NCBI GenBank assembly: GCA_963850305.1
Contig: CAWKKR010000008.1
Span: 1,056,001-1,120,000 of the forward strand
From: an uncultured delta proteobacterium
Lineage (GTDB): Bacteria; Myxococcota_A; Polyangia; Polyangiales; Polyangiaceae
DNA length: 64,000 nt
Direction: 5' to 3'
Shown here: positions 9,740 through 19,449 of the stretch, piece by piece
Numbering within the stretch: position 1 is the stretch's first letter
Layout: the number at the start of each line of letters is the position of its first letter
Translations under genes and position numbers: made by a program
The notes under the pieces: model-generated
What the model saw: the letters and a program-made list of their open reading frames with translations, nothing else
Database searches by the model: none
What the model was told of the DNA's origin: nothing

Positions 9740-12700
9740 TGCGCGTTCGTCGTCCCTATGTGGGTGCGTCGTCCCGCCCGGACCTCGACACCCGTGGTCG
9801 AATCGATTCCGTCGCCCCGGACGTGCACGTCGTGGTGCCCCGGAGCGAGCGGGATCTGACGGATCGGCCCGATGCCGACCGGAACGCCGTCCACGACGAT
9901 CGCGTACGGTCCGCCCGCTTCGATCTCGAGAAGGCCGCGATCCGGCGCCACGGAGAGCCCGGGCGGCAAATCCAGGTCGTCCTTCGTGATCCATCGGACG
10001 CCGTGCAACGCCGCGCCCGGCGGCGCCGCGCTCATCACGGCGGGCGGCGCCGCCACCTGGAGGGCCGAGGGGGTGCCCGATGGCGCCGCGGTCGGTACGG
10101 TCGAAGGAACGACGTCGGATGGCGATCGACGCGCCACGTCGTTTCCGCCGCGAATCGCCGTCACCAGCGCATAGCTGGCGACGGCGGCCACGATGATGAC
10201 GACGAAGACGCCGACGAAGCCCTTTCGGTCCTCCTGTCTTGCTGCCGTGGGACCGGGCTTCCCGACCTTGTTCCCGCCGACGCGTCCGGCGAGTGCGGCT
10301 CGTTGACGCTTGGGCGGCACGGTCGGCATCGTTGAAATGGATTCTTCGGAGGCGTGACCCGACGACGCAGGCGCGACGACAGCCTCGGGCGCGACGGGAC
10401 TCTCGCCGCCCACGGCCGAGAGCACGGCGTCCCCGAGTTCGAGCGCGGGCGTCTCGGCGGTCGTCGAAGGCTTTTCGGGCCCGCTCTCTGCCGCCGGTAC
10501 GGAGATCGCCGGCATGACGCGCGTATAGTCGACGGCGAGTCTGGGCGGAGCGGACGTAGCCTGACGCGCTTCGGGCACGGGCTCCGACGCGGCGCTCGCG
10601 ACCGGCGCGGATTCGTGCTCCACGCGTGGTCCCGGCGGTTCCGAGACGACGGTCGGCGGAGCACGCTCGCTCACCGCTTCGACGGCATCCCGGGGACTCG
10701 CGCGAACCTCCGAGGGCATGGGCGAGGGCACGGAGCGCAGGGCCTCCTCCAGCGGGGACGGCTCCGGCGGCGCCGAGGTCGGGGGCGCGTGAGACTTGAA
10801 AATAGGGCGGGGCGTTTCGCGACGGGGCTCGGGGCCCGAGGGCGGCACCAGGCTATCGACGAGCAGCGCTGCGAAACCGACGTCCGCGTCGGCGGGCGCC
10901 GAGGCCCCCTCGGGCGGCGCTACAATTGGCGCAGCGACACCTGGGTCGGTTCCGAGACGTGCCGTGTCGACCGCCGGAGCCGTCGCTTCGGCCGCCCCTA
11001 GGGCACCCAATACGGCCACCTCGGTTGCCAGAAGATCTTCGCCATCGATCCCGGAAATGCGCCCGATGGCACCGTGCAAAACCAGGTCGACGAGTACGGA
11101 TTCGAGCAAGCGCGAAGACGTGCCGGTCGCCAGGAGCTCGGAGGGGGCCGCGCCCTCCGCCAGGCGACGCACGATGGTCCCGACCGCTTTCGGCGTGGCG
11201 GCGAGATAGGGGGACAGCGCGGCCTCTTCGATATCGATGCGGGCGACGCGCGACGGTTCCGCAAGGAGGCTTTGCGCCGCGCGCGCCGTGAGCACGAACT
11301 TCGAGATCAGCTGCCTGAGCTCGGTGTCCCAGTCGCTGGCGCAGGGTGAATCGTCGCGCCGCACGGCGAAGCGCCCGGCCCGGACCCCGAGGAGACCCGC
11401 GAGCGCGCGCTCACCACTTTCTGCGCGTCCCTCTTCGGTCGTGCGCGTCGCCGTCCGGAGTCGACCACCGCGGACGCAAGCCTCGTACAGATACGCCGCG
11501 TCGCGGATCGTGACGCGCACGTTCGTCCCGAGCCGGCACGCGAGCTCGAGCACGAGGCGCGGGGTGAGACCGTCGAGACGGCCGCGCACCTCTTCGCCCG
11601 TGGCAAGACGGGCCTCCACGCGCGCGCGGGGAAGCAACACTTCACGCACGCGCTGCACGACCGCAGACGACGTCGCCTCCTTCCGGAGATAGCCGTCAGC
11701 GTCAGCGCCGAGTTCCCGCATTTTCTGAAGGAGGTCCTCCTTCCACGACAGCAAGATCACGGGCACATCGCCGAGAGCGACGTCCCGCTTGATCTCCCTG
11801 CAAAGTCCGAAGCCGTCGAGCCCCGGCATGAGCACGTCGCTGACGACCAGGTCGGGCCACTCGGAGCGCACGAGCGCGAGGGCGCGATCACCGTCGTGCG
11901 CTTCGAGCACTTCCGCGCCCGCCGCGCGCAGGAGACCGCTCAGAAACCACACGACCGACGGATCGTCGTCCACGACGACGATCTTGCGTCCGCCGAGGTC
12001 GACGCCGGCGGCCGAGCGACTTTCACCGGCCCCGGTGGCGCGCTCCGTCGCCATCATGGGGGACAGAGGAATAGCGCCCTCGGGACCGGTCGCGTCGAAG
12101 CGAATGGCGCCGCCCGAGCGAAGCGTGACGAGCTCGCGCACGCGTGCGACGGACGCCCACACGGCCGCGAGAACGTCCGTGCCCTCGCCAAGCGAGACGG
12201 CGACCGAACAATCCTTCGTCTTCAACGATTCCACGAGGCCGCGGCGAAACTCGTGAACGAGGCGTTCCGCGAGGGCCTCCACGCTGACGTCGCCGAGCGG
12301 CTCGAAGCGCGACGGAGGCGCGGCCTGTTCCCTGGCCACTTCGAGCACGGCATGCTTGAGCGTGTCCGGACTGACGGGACGCGATAGAATTCGCGCGACT
12401 CCGAGCGCCGCGAGCCGCGCCCCCGCCTCGGGCCGGTCGAACGAACCGATCGCGACGATGCGAACCGGGTCGAGGAGAGGGTCGTACGCGAGCGTCTCCG
12501 TCAACTGAATCGCGTCGGGACGATCCGCGTCGATGACGACCACGTCGGGCGAAATGATGCGAACCAGATCCTCGGCTCGCACCGTGTCCTCGGTCCGTTC
12601 CCATTCGACCACTGGCCCACCAGGCGCCGCGGCGTTGAAGGATGCGACGAGCGTCGCCGAGCCGAACGCGAGGGCGCTGATCGGCCAGGAGCCTGCGCGT

Positions 12701-13095
12701 CGCTCGAGCGGTGCGGAACCGGAAGTCTCAAGGGGCCGGAGCGACGGTGCGGCCGCGCCGAGCACCAGCGACGGCACGAGATCGATGGTGCGCCCGACGA
12801 GCGCGAGGTCCGACACGCCGAGGCCGGTCGCACCCGCACGGCCGAGAACGGTCTCGGCTTCCCGGAACGCCTCGAAGACGCGCTCGAAGCCCAGGACACC
12901 CGCCGCGGCACCGAACGCATGGATCCGGCGCCGCAGGTGGTCCCGGAGCGCCGCGGACTTCGGCGTCTGCTCGAGCGCGAACAACGCCTGCCTCAGCGCC
13001 TCCAATCGGCGCCCAAGGCTGCCCACGAATTGCGCTCGGGGCTCTTCGAGGCTGGTCTCCGCATCGCCGGGCACAGCCCCCGCTCGCTCGACCAT
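9736..13095 (-). CDS. Multidomain response regulator: Hpt - REC - REC - DUF4388-like - Pro-rich linker - TM - PEGA-like
   Basis: RRIHAFGAAAGVLGF (Hpt His); DVVVIDAD; KIVVVDDD...DLVVSDVLMPGLDG...GYLRK; TM FVGVFVVIIVAAVASYALV. Confidence 0.85.
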   Translation of the reverse strand: MVERAGAVPGDAETSLEEPRAQFVGSLGRRLEALRQALFALEQTPKSAALRDHLRRRIHAFGAAAGVLGFERVFEAFREAETVLGRAGATGLGVSDLALVGRTIDLVPSLVLGAAAPSLRPLETSGSAPLERRAGSWPISALAFGSATLVASFNAAAPGGPVVEWERTEDTVRAEDLVRIISPDVVVIDADRPDAIQLTETLAYDPLLDPVRIVAIGSFDRPEAGARLAALGVARILSRPVSPDTLKHAVLEVAREQAAPPSRFEPLGDVSVEALAERLVHEFRRGLVESLKTKDCSVAVSLGEGTDVLAAVWASVARVRELVTLRSGGAIRFDATGPEGAIPLSPMMATERATGAGESRSAAGVDLGGRKIVVVDDDPSVVWFLSGLLRAAGAEVLEAHDGDRALALVRSEWPDLVVSDVLMPGLDGFGLCREIKRDVALGDVPVILLSWKEDLLQKMRELGADADGYLRKEATSSAVVQRVREVLLPRARVEARLATGEEVRGRLDGLTPRLVLELACRLGTNVRVTIRDAAYLYEACVRGGRLRTATRTTEEGRAESGERALAGLLGVRAGRFAVRRDDSPCASDWDTELRQLISKFVLTARAAQSLLAEPSRVARIDIEEAALSPYLAATPKAVGTIVRRLAEGAAPSELLATGTSSRLLESVLVDLVLHGAIGRISGIDGEDLLATEVAVLGALGAAEATAPAVDTARLGTDPGVAAPIVAPPEGASAPADADVGFAALLVDSLVPPSGPEPRRETPRPIFKSHAPPTSAPPEPSPLEEALRSVPSPMPSEVRASPRDAVEAVSERAPPTVVSEPPGPRVEHESAPVASAASEPVPEARQATSAPPRLAVDYTRVMPAISVPAAESGPEKPSTTAETPALELGDAVLSAVGGESPVAPEAVVAPASSGHASEESISTMPTVPPKRQRAALAGRVGGNKVGKPGPTAARQEDRKGFVGVFVVIIVAAVASYALVTAIRGGNDVARRSPSDVVPSTVPTAAPSGTPSALQVAAPPAVMSAAPPGAALHGVRWITKDDLDLPPGLSVAPDRGLLEIEAGGPYAIVVDGVPVGIGPIRQIPLAPGHHDVHVRGDGIDSTTGVEVRAGRRTHIGTTNAQ

Positions 13096-13158
13096 CAGCC
13101 GCCCCGTAGCATGAACGGGGGGTTTTCCGCACCTTTCAGAACGCGCCGGGACGACATT

Positions 13159-13956
13159 TCAGAGGCCCATCTCGCCGGCGAAGACATGGCGAGCGGGCCC
13201 GAGGAGCCGAACGGACCACGAATCTGCGTCAACCGTCACTTCCAGGGGACCCCCAGGCAGCCGAATTTCGATGGTTTCTCCGAACGGCGCCCGTCCCGTC
13301 AGGCCGAGGGCCGCTGCGGTGGCGCCGGCACCGGTTCCACACGCGAGGGTCCGTCCAACGCCTCGCTCCCAGACCACCACGTCGAACTGGCGCGGGCCGC
13401 GCTTCGAGACGAACTCGACGTTGACGCCGCCCGGAGTTCGTCGCGACACCTCGGGCCCGAGCCGGTCGATGGTCGCGACGTCCAGGGCCGTATCGAAGAG
13501 AATCGCGTGCGGGTTCCCGATCGAGACTCGAGTGAAAACGTATTCGCGGCCATCGAAGGAGACGCGGTGCTCCCCTTCGGCGATGGCGACCCCGAGATCG
13601 ATGAGGACACTCCCCTTGTCACCGGTGCGAGAGACCTTGCAGCGGCGCGGCCCTGCGTCCGTATCGACGACGTATTCGGCCAGGTCCCGTCCGTCGCGAC
13701 GAGCGAGGTGGAGGGCGACGCAGCGCAGGCCGTTGCCGCACATTTCCGGGCGGGAACCGTCGGCGTTTTCGACGATCATCGTTGCAGCGGCGTCCGGGGT
13801 CCGCGGCGCGGCCACCGTGAGCACGCCGTCCGCGCCGACACCGAAGTGCCGGTCGCAGGCGCGGACCACCCGCTCGGCGCCGAGCGGCTCCTCGCGCTCG
13901 ACGACGATGAAGTCGTTTCCGAGTCCTTCGTATTTCTCGAATCGCACTGGATTCAC
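13159..13956 (-). CDS. dapF: Diaminopimelate epimerase
   Basis: KYEGLGNDF, GVGADG, NADGSRPEMCGNG, GNPH, ERGVGRTLACGTG. Confidence 0.97.
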   Translation of the reverse strand: MNPVRFEKYEGLGNDFIVVEREEPLGAERVVRACDRHFGVGADGVLTVAAPRTPDAAATMIVENADGSRPEMCGNGLRCVALHLARRDGRDLAEYVVDTDAGPRRCKVSRTGDKGSVLIDLGVAIAEGEHRVSFDGREYVFTRVSIGNPHAILFDTALDVATIDRLGPEVSRRTPGGVNVEFVSKRGPRQFDVVVWERGVGRTLACGTGAGATAAALGLTGRAPFGETIEIRLPGGPLEVTVDADSWSVRLLGPARHVFAGEMGL

Positions 13957-14057
13957 GCGTTTTGCCAGGAGTGTCGCCCGCGGGCCTCCCGTTCGTTCAG
14001 GTCGGTTGCCGTGGTTCGGGGCCAGACCGGGGAGCTTATGGTAAGCCGCGACGCGGA

Positions 14058-15641
14058 ATGCGGCGACCCCTTCTCTTGAACGGCTTCATGACGACCGGCA
14101 AGTCCACGGTCGGCAAGCTCGTGGCGAAATCCCATGATTTCATCGACCTCGACGTCCAGGTGGAGCGCGACGCGGGAGCTTCGGTGTCCGAAATCTTCGC
14201 GACACGCGGCGAAGCCGCGTTTCGCGCTCTGGAACGCGACACTCTTCGCGCATTGCTCGCCGACGGCAAGCCGCGGGTCATCGCCCTCGGTGGCGGCGCG
14301 CTCCTCGATCGCGCTCTCCGACTGGAGGCGCTGGATCGCGGAGTAGTCGTCACGCTCGATGCCACGGCGGACGAGGTGGTCCGGCGCGCGGCGTCGAGCA
14401 ACGCGCGCCCGCTCCTGGAAGTCGAGGACCCGCGCGCTCGAGCCGAATCGCTGATGTCAGACCGGCGTCTGGCGTATGCCGAATGTCACGCTCGTATTGC
14501 CACGACGGGCCGCGATCCGGCCGACGTCGCGCGCGACGTCCTGGCCGTGTGGCATCGCGATCCGATCGCCGTCGCCGCGGGCACCGCTTCGTACACCGTC
14601 GACATCGGCCATGGCTTCGCCGCGGGGCAGCTGGTCCATTGGGTTGCTGGTGCGTCCATGGCCCTCGTCGTGACTGACGAAAACGTCCGGCCACATCACG
14701 CCGGTGCCATCGAACGGAGTCTCGCGGGCGCGGGAATCCGCTCGGCGACGGTGGTGCTCGAGCCCGGCGAGGCGCACAAGAACCTCGCGTCGATCGAGCG
14801 GATCTGGGACACCGCGCTAACGGCAGGGCTCGATCGAAAGAGCCGGATCGTTGCGCTGGGCGGCGGCGTCGTGACGGACATGGCCGGCTTCGCCGCCGCG
14901 ACGTGGATGCGCGGAATTCCGTGGATCGTGCTGCCCACGACGTTGCTCGCGATGGTCGACGCGTCCGTCGGAGGCAAGACCGCGATCGATCTCCGGGCGG
15001 CGAAGAATGCCGTGGGTGCATTCTGGCAACCAGCCGCGGTGCTCTGCGACGTCGCTCATCTCGCCACGGAGCCGGAACGCGGTTACCGGAGCGCGCTCGC
15101 CGAGGTCGTGAAGACGGCGCTCATCGGCGACGCGGCGCTGCTAGACTTCGTCGAAACGCACGCGCCGGAAATTCTCGCGAGAGTTCCCGACGCCGTCTCC
15201 GAGATCGTGCGCCGATGCGTACGGGTGAAAGCCCGCGTCGTCGGACTGGACGAGCGCGAAGACGGACTGCGCGCATGCTTGAACCTCGGACACACGATAG
15301 GGCACGCGCTCGAGGCCCACGCCGGCTACGGTGCTCTGCCCCACGGAGAAGCGGTGAGCCTCGGACTCGTCGCGGCCCTGCGCATCGGTGAGCGTCTCGG
15401 AACGACGGACCGCGCGTTGACGGAGCGCTGCGTCCGAGTCCAGGCCGCGCTCGGTCTTCCCGTGGACCTCGCGTCACAGCCGATCGCGGACGCCGTGGCC
15501 CTCGTCGGGCATGACAAGAAGCGCGCCGGCTCCAGGATTCGCTTCGTCGTGGCCCGCGCGCCCGGAGACGTTGTGTTCGTCGAGCTCGGCCTTTCGGAAC
15601 TGCGCGAACACGCTCTGTCGCTCGTGAAGCGCGGCGTGTAG
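14058..15641 (+). CDS. aroB: Shikimate kinase / 3-dehydroquinate synthase fusion (AroK-AroB)
   Basis: N-terminal GFMTTGKS P-loop, GEAAFR, ALGGG; C-terminal GGGVVTD, PTTLLAMVDASVGGKT, LNLGHTIGHALE, HGEAV. Confidence 0.95.
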   Translation: MRRPLLLNGFMTTGKSTVGKLVAKSHDFIDLDVQVERDAGASVSEIFATRGEAAFRALERDTLRALLADGKPRVIALGGGALLDRALRLEALDRGVVVTLDATADEVVRRAASSNARPLLEVEDPRARAESLMSDRRLAYAECHARIATTGRDPADVARDVLAVWHRDPIAVAAGTASYTVDIGHGFAAGQLVHWVAGASMALVVTDENVRPHHAGAIERSLAGAGIRSATVVLEPGEAHKNLASIERIWDTALTAGLDRKSRIVALGGGVVTDMAGFAAATWMRGIPWIVLPTTLLAMVDASVGGKTAIDLRAAKNAVGAFWQPAAVLCDVAHLATEPERGYRSALAEVVKTALIGDAALLDFVETHAPEILARVPDAVSEIVRRCVRVKARVVGLDEREDGLRACLNLGHTIGHALEAHAGYGALPHGEAVSLGLVAALRIGERLGTTDRALTERCVRVQAALGLPVDLASQPIADAVALVGHDKKRAGSRIRFVVARAPGDVVFVELGLSELREHALSLVKRGV

Positions 15642-15777
15642 GGCACCCCCAAAATCAATAAGACTTATATGAGCGATCCGGAATGATCCGCCGACTTTTG
15701 GCACTGTCGCGGCGACCCGCATACAATTGACGTTAGACCCCGCCCCCACGCGGCGGGATCAGCCGAGGTTCGCCAGA

Positions 15778-16554
15778 ATGAACAGGATGCTCCGTCCCCT
15801 CGTCGCCGTCGGCTTCGTCGCCGCCGCAACCGCCGTATTCTCTCAAGGATGCGCGGACAACAACAGCTCGCTGTTCATCGTCGGCGTCGAGTACGACAAG
15901 CCTCCGACCTGCGTCGTGACCGCGGACCCGACACAAGAGGAACTCGGTTATGGCATCCTGGATGTCGCGTTTCGCAGCGATTACCAGGCGTGGCTGCTCG
16001 TCGGAAACCAGTTCACACCGCGCGGCTCGAAGCAAACCCTGCGAACGGAGACGACGCGCATCAATCTCCGTGGCGCCGAGGTGACACTGACGAATTCGGA
16101 TGGGAGCGCGCTCAAAGACGGCAACACGACCGTGGGGCAATTCTCCGTGTACGGCAGCGGCTACGCCGACTCGAGCACGAGCGAGGAACCGGGATGGGGT
16201 TTGTTTGCCGCAGATCTGATCCCGAGCAGCGTCGGGGACATCCTGGCGAAGCCGTTCAACGGCAAACCCGGAGGCATCAATACGGTGGTAGCGACGGTGC
16301 GCGTCTTCGGCAACACGCTCGGAAACACCAGCGTGACTTCCGGAGAGCTGAGCTTCCCCATTCAGGTTTGTTACGGCTGCCTGGTTCAATATCCGCTCGA
16401 GGCGCTCGTCTTCCCCACCAACGGCGGGACGCCGACGTGTAGCGCCGGGAGTACGGACATTCCGGTCCCGGGTTGCCGCGTGGGACAGGACGACACGGTC
16501 GATTGTCGGTCGTGCCAGCAGCTCAGCATCTGCCAGACCCTCCAGACGCAATGA
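15778..16554 (+). CDS. Lipoprotein, hypothetical, with Cys-rich C-terminus
   Basis: Signal peptide ending FSQGC; C-terminal VCYGCL...CRVGQDDTVDCRSC. Confidence 0.8.
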   Translation: MNRMLRPLVAVGFVAAATAVFSQGCADNNSSLFIVGVEYDKPPTCVVTADPTQEELGYGILDVAFRSDYQAWLLVGNQFTPRGSKQTLRTETTRINLRGAEVTLTNSDGSALKDGNTTVGQFSVYGSGYADSSTSEEPGWGLFAADLIPSSVGDILAKPFNGKPGGINTVVATVRVFGNTLGNTSVTSGELSFPIQVCYGCLVQYPLEALVFPTNGGTPTCSAGSTDIPVPGCRVGQDDTVDCRSCQQLSICQTLQTQ

Positions 16555-16973
16555 GGGCTCGTGGTCCGGCGCGCCGGGGCCGTTCGCTTCGCGATCGCGG
16601 TTTCGACGCCCTCAGCCGCACGCGCTGACCCTCAGCGGAACCGCGACGCTGCTGGGCGTTGCCTGAACGGGGGCGTGCGGAGCGTGGTCCGCGCCGAAGT
16701 TCTACGGCACGGGGCCGAGGAGGCGTCCTCTTCGGGCGCAGTCGCGACACGGACGTCAGCGCCGGGCGGAGCTCGGAACCGCTGGCTTTCGCGACGCTCG
16801 CGCCCTCGCCGGGGCGACCGTGCGCCTGCCCGCCGAGGTCGACCTTCGCACTCGGCGTGACCCCCGGCTCCTATGTCCGCTCCTCGCCGGAGGGCGCTCT
16901 CGCGGAGCGCGGCGGAGGCCCGGCGGCGCGACCCGGTATTTCCATCGTACCCGGTGGATGCTACGGTCCTTCC

Positions 16974-17312
16974 ATGGAGCGCCCGTCGGTCGAGCTGCGC
17001 GTCGGCGGTCAGACGTATCGGGTCGTGGGCAGCGCGAGCCCGGACGAGCTGACTCGCCTCGCACAGATCGTCGACGGCAAGCTTCGGGAGCTCTCCGCAG
17101 GCGGCGCGTTCCATCCGCAGAGCATGCTCCTCGTCGCGATGGCCCTGGCGCACGAGCTCGAACAGGAACGCGGTCGTCGTCGCGATGCGGAGCAACGGTC
17201 GCGAGAGAGTCTGCGCCGGCTGCTCGACCGCGTCGATGCGGCGATAAGCGAGGTGGAATCCGACCCGACGCCGCTCCCGCCGTTCGCCGACATCTCTCCG
17301 CCGAACGCGTGA
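16974..17312 (+). CDS. zapA: Cell division protein ZapA
   Basis: VELRVGGQTYRV...LAQIVDGKLREL...LLVAMALAHEL followed by a coiled coil. Confidence 0.85.
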   Translation: MERPSVELRVGGQTYRVVGSASPDELTRLAQIVDGKLRELSAGGAFHPQSMLLVAMALAHELEQERGRRRDAEQRSRESLRRLLDRVDAAISEVESDPTPLPPFADISPPNA

Positions 17313-17342
17313 AGTCGTCGACCACGAAAGCGTTCGCCCTGT

Positions 17343-17921
17343 TCAACGCATGACGCGCAGCGTGACGTCGACGAGCGTCTCGATTGCGGCGCTGACGTCG
17401 GCGGAACTTCCCTCGGCGACGTGGACTGCACTCTCCACGAAAGCACCTGCGAGGCAGAAGAGCCGGAGTGGTTCGGGTACCGCACCTACGACGCCGGCAC
17501 GCTTGGCGGAGGTGCCAACCTCGGCAAGCCGGCGCACGAGTTCGGTGCGCACGAGGCGCCCCGGGTCTCCGCAAAGCAAGGCTATGAACGCCCCGCGGCG
17601 GCGCGAAGCTTCGAGAAGCCACGCTGACGCGAGCGCGCGCATTTGCTCGACGGGCGTGCGCGCGGACGCCACGCTCTGCGCGAGCAGCTCACGAACGGCG
17701 CCAAAGACCTCGTCGTGCGCGACGCGCTGCGCGGCTTCGATGTCCGAAAAGTGCTCGTAAAAGGCGTTCCGACCCACACCCGCCCGCTCGATCACGTGCC
17801 GAACCGTGAGCGAGTCGCCGTGGAGCGCCGACGCGTCCCGGAGTGCACTCCTCAAGCGATCGCGCTGGGAGGCACGCCGTTCGTCGGCGCTCTGACGACG
17901 GTCCCATCGTCCGCGAACCAT
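17343..17921 (-). CDS. TetR/AcrR family transcriptional regulator
   Basis: LTVRHVIERAGVGRNAFYEHFSD helix-turn-helix. Confidence 0.85.
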   Translation of the reverse strand: MVRGRWDRRQSADERRASQRDRLRSALRDASALHGDSLTVRHVIERAGVGRNAFYEHFSDIEAAQRVAHDEVFGAVRELLAQSVASARTPVEQMRALASAWLLEASRRRGAFIALLCGDPGRLVRTELVRRLAEVGTSAKRAGVVGAVPEPLRLFCLAGAFVESAVHVAEGSSADVSAAIETLVDVTLRVMR

Positions 17922-18342
17922 AAAGATGGATCTGTTTTTATCATCTCACTCACCTGACCGCCATCAAGGCCTGCTCGGTGAAACGGCTGGTGTAAAAGAA
18001 CCACTGAGTACCTTTCCGGGTACGGCTCTTCTGCGATAGTTGAAAAACTATATATATTCTGCTTTGTTAGAAGAGTACTGCAAAGTTTTCTAATGCTAAT
18101 GGGTCAAAGCCGAAAGATCCGGGCGGCGGACATCGTGGTTGTGGGGTGTCAGATGTTGCCGGTAGGCATCGAAAGTGAGGGGAATGCGGCTTCGATACGG
18201 TGCATGCGCAGGGACGCCAGGGAGCGTCGGCGTCTAAGTGGCGATGCATGGCTCGCACGACGCATTGTCGTTAGGGCTGCGAGTCGTGATTTTCGGGTTC
18301 GAAGGCCCTCCGCGGCGGCGGGTCGGTGGTAATAAGTGCGCC

Positions 18343-19449
18343 GTGACGCTGCGGTCGCATCTTGCCAGGGAGCTCGGCCAGCTCGAGGAGCGCGGGCTTC
18401 TCCGCTCTCGCGCTGTTCGACACGTGGATATTGGCCTGGTCGACGTCGCGAGTAACGACTACCTTGGTTATGCGCGGCGCATTGTTTCACGTGAAACGAT
18501 CGCCACGGTTGCTGGCGCCGGGGCGTCGCGCCTGATTCACGGCACCTGCCCCGAACATACGGCCCTAGAAGCGGATCTGGCTGCCTGGGTGGCTGCGGAA
18601 GGTTCACTGCTTTTCCCCACAGGGTACATGGCGAACGTCGGGGCCATTTCGGCGCTGGCGGGACCCGGCGACCTCATCGTTTCCGACCAGCTGAATCACG
18701 CATCTCTGATCGACGGTTGCCGGCTCTCCCGAGCGCGAACCGAGGTCGTCCCGCACCTCGACCTTAGAGCCTTTGCCGATGCCCTGCGGATCGCCGTTCC
18801 AGGCCGGCGCTGGGTCATCACCGAGAGCTACTTCAGCATGGACGGTGACTCGCCGGACCTGGCGGCGCTCCGCTCCATCGCGGACGAAGCAGACGCGGGG
18901 CTACTGGTCGACGAGGCTCACGCTCTGGGTGTTTTCGGTCCCCAGGGTGCTGGCCTCTGTCGCGAGCAGGGCATCGTGCCCGACGTCCTCGTCGGGACTC
19001 TGGGCAAGGCGGTTGGCGTCCAGGGAGCGTTCGTTGCGGGCTCCGGCATTCTTCTCGATTTTCTCTGGAACCGGGCGCGTCCCTTCGTTTTCACGACCGC
19101 ACCGAGCCCGACAATCACCGCCATCGCGCGCGAAAACGTCGCGCGAGTCCGAGTCGATGACGACGCTCGCTCGCGGCTGACAGAGCTTTGTGCACAGTTG
19201 CAGGTGGAGCTTCGCGACATGAATCTTGGTCGGCGCCGCCGCGGCCCCGTCTTTCCAATCATTCGCCGCACCCCGGGCCTCGCCCTCTGCGCCGCGGCAG
19301 TCCTACGCGACGCGGGCTTTCTCACCCAGGCGATTCGCCCGCCTACTGTGCCGGACGGCACTTCGCGACTCCGTATCGCCCTCCACGCTGATCTGCGCCC
19401 GGAGCAAGTCTCGCGCCTGGCCCTGGCGCTCAGGGCATGCGCGTCCTGA
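18343..19449 (+). CDS. bioF: 8-amino-7-oxononanoate synthase
   Basis: SNDYLG, GAGASRL, GYMANVG, SDQLNHASLIDG, FSMDGD, VDEAH, TLGKA, AIRPPTVP. GTG start inferred. Confidence 0.93.
   Translation: MTLRSHLARELGQLEERGLLRSRAVRHVDIGLVDVASNDYLGYARRIVSRETIATVAGAGASRLIHGTCPEHTALEADLAAWVAAEGSLLFPTGYMANVGAISALAGPGDLIVSDQLNHASLIDGCRLSRARTEVVPHLDLRAFADALRIAVPGRRWVITESYFSMDGDSPDLAALRSIADEADAGLLVDEAHALGVFGPQGAGLCREQGIVPDVLVGTLGKAVGVQGAFVAGSGILLDFLWNRARPFVFTTAPSPTITAIARENVARVRVDDDARSRLTELCAQLQVELRDMNLGRRRRGPVFPIIRRTPGLALCAAAVLRDAGFLTQAIRPPTVPDGTSRLRIALHADLRPEQVSRLALALRACAS
18483..18498. promoter_or_regulatory. parS centromere-like site (ParB binding)
   Basis: TGTTTCACGTGAAACG, a 15/16 match to the canonical TGTTTCACGTGAAACA palindrome; reads VSRET in bioF. 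Confidence 0.75.

Noticed and set aside
15651..15713. AT-rich patch as a dif or IHF site, plus TGGCAC-N5-CGGC as a sigma54 promoter
   Set aside because: Poor match to the XerD arm TTATGTTAAAT, IHF spacing is off by 2, and the -12 element is weak.
17313..17342. 6S RNA downstream of zapA
   Set aside because: Only 30 bp separate zapA from the convergent TetR gene.
17930..18120. oriC
   Set aside because: AT-rich, but I found no convincing TTATCCACA-type DnaA boxes and no dnaA or dnaN adjacent.
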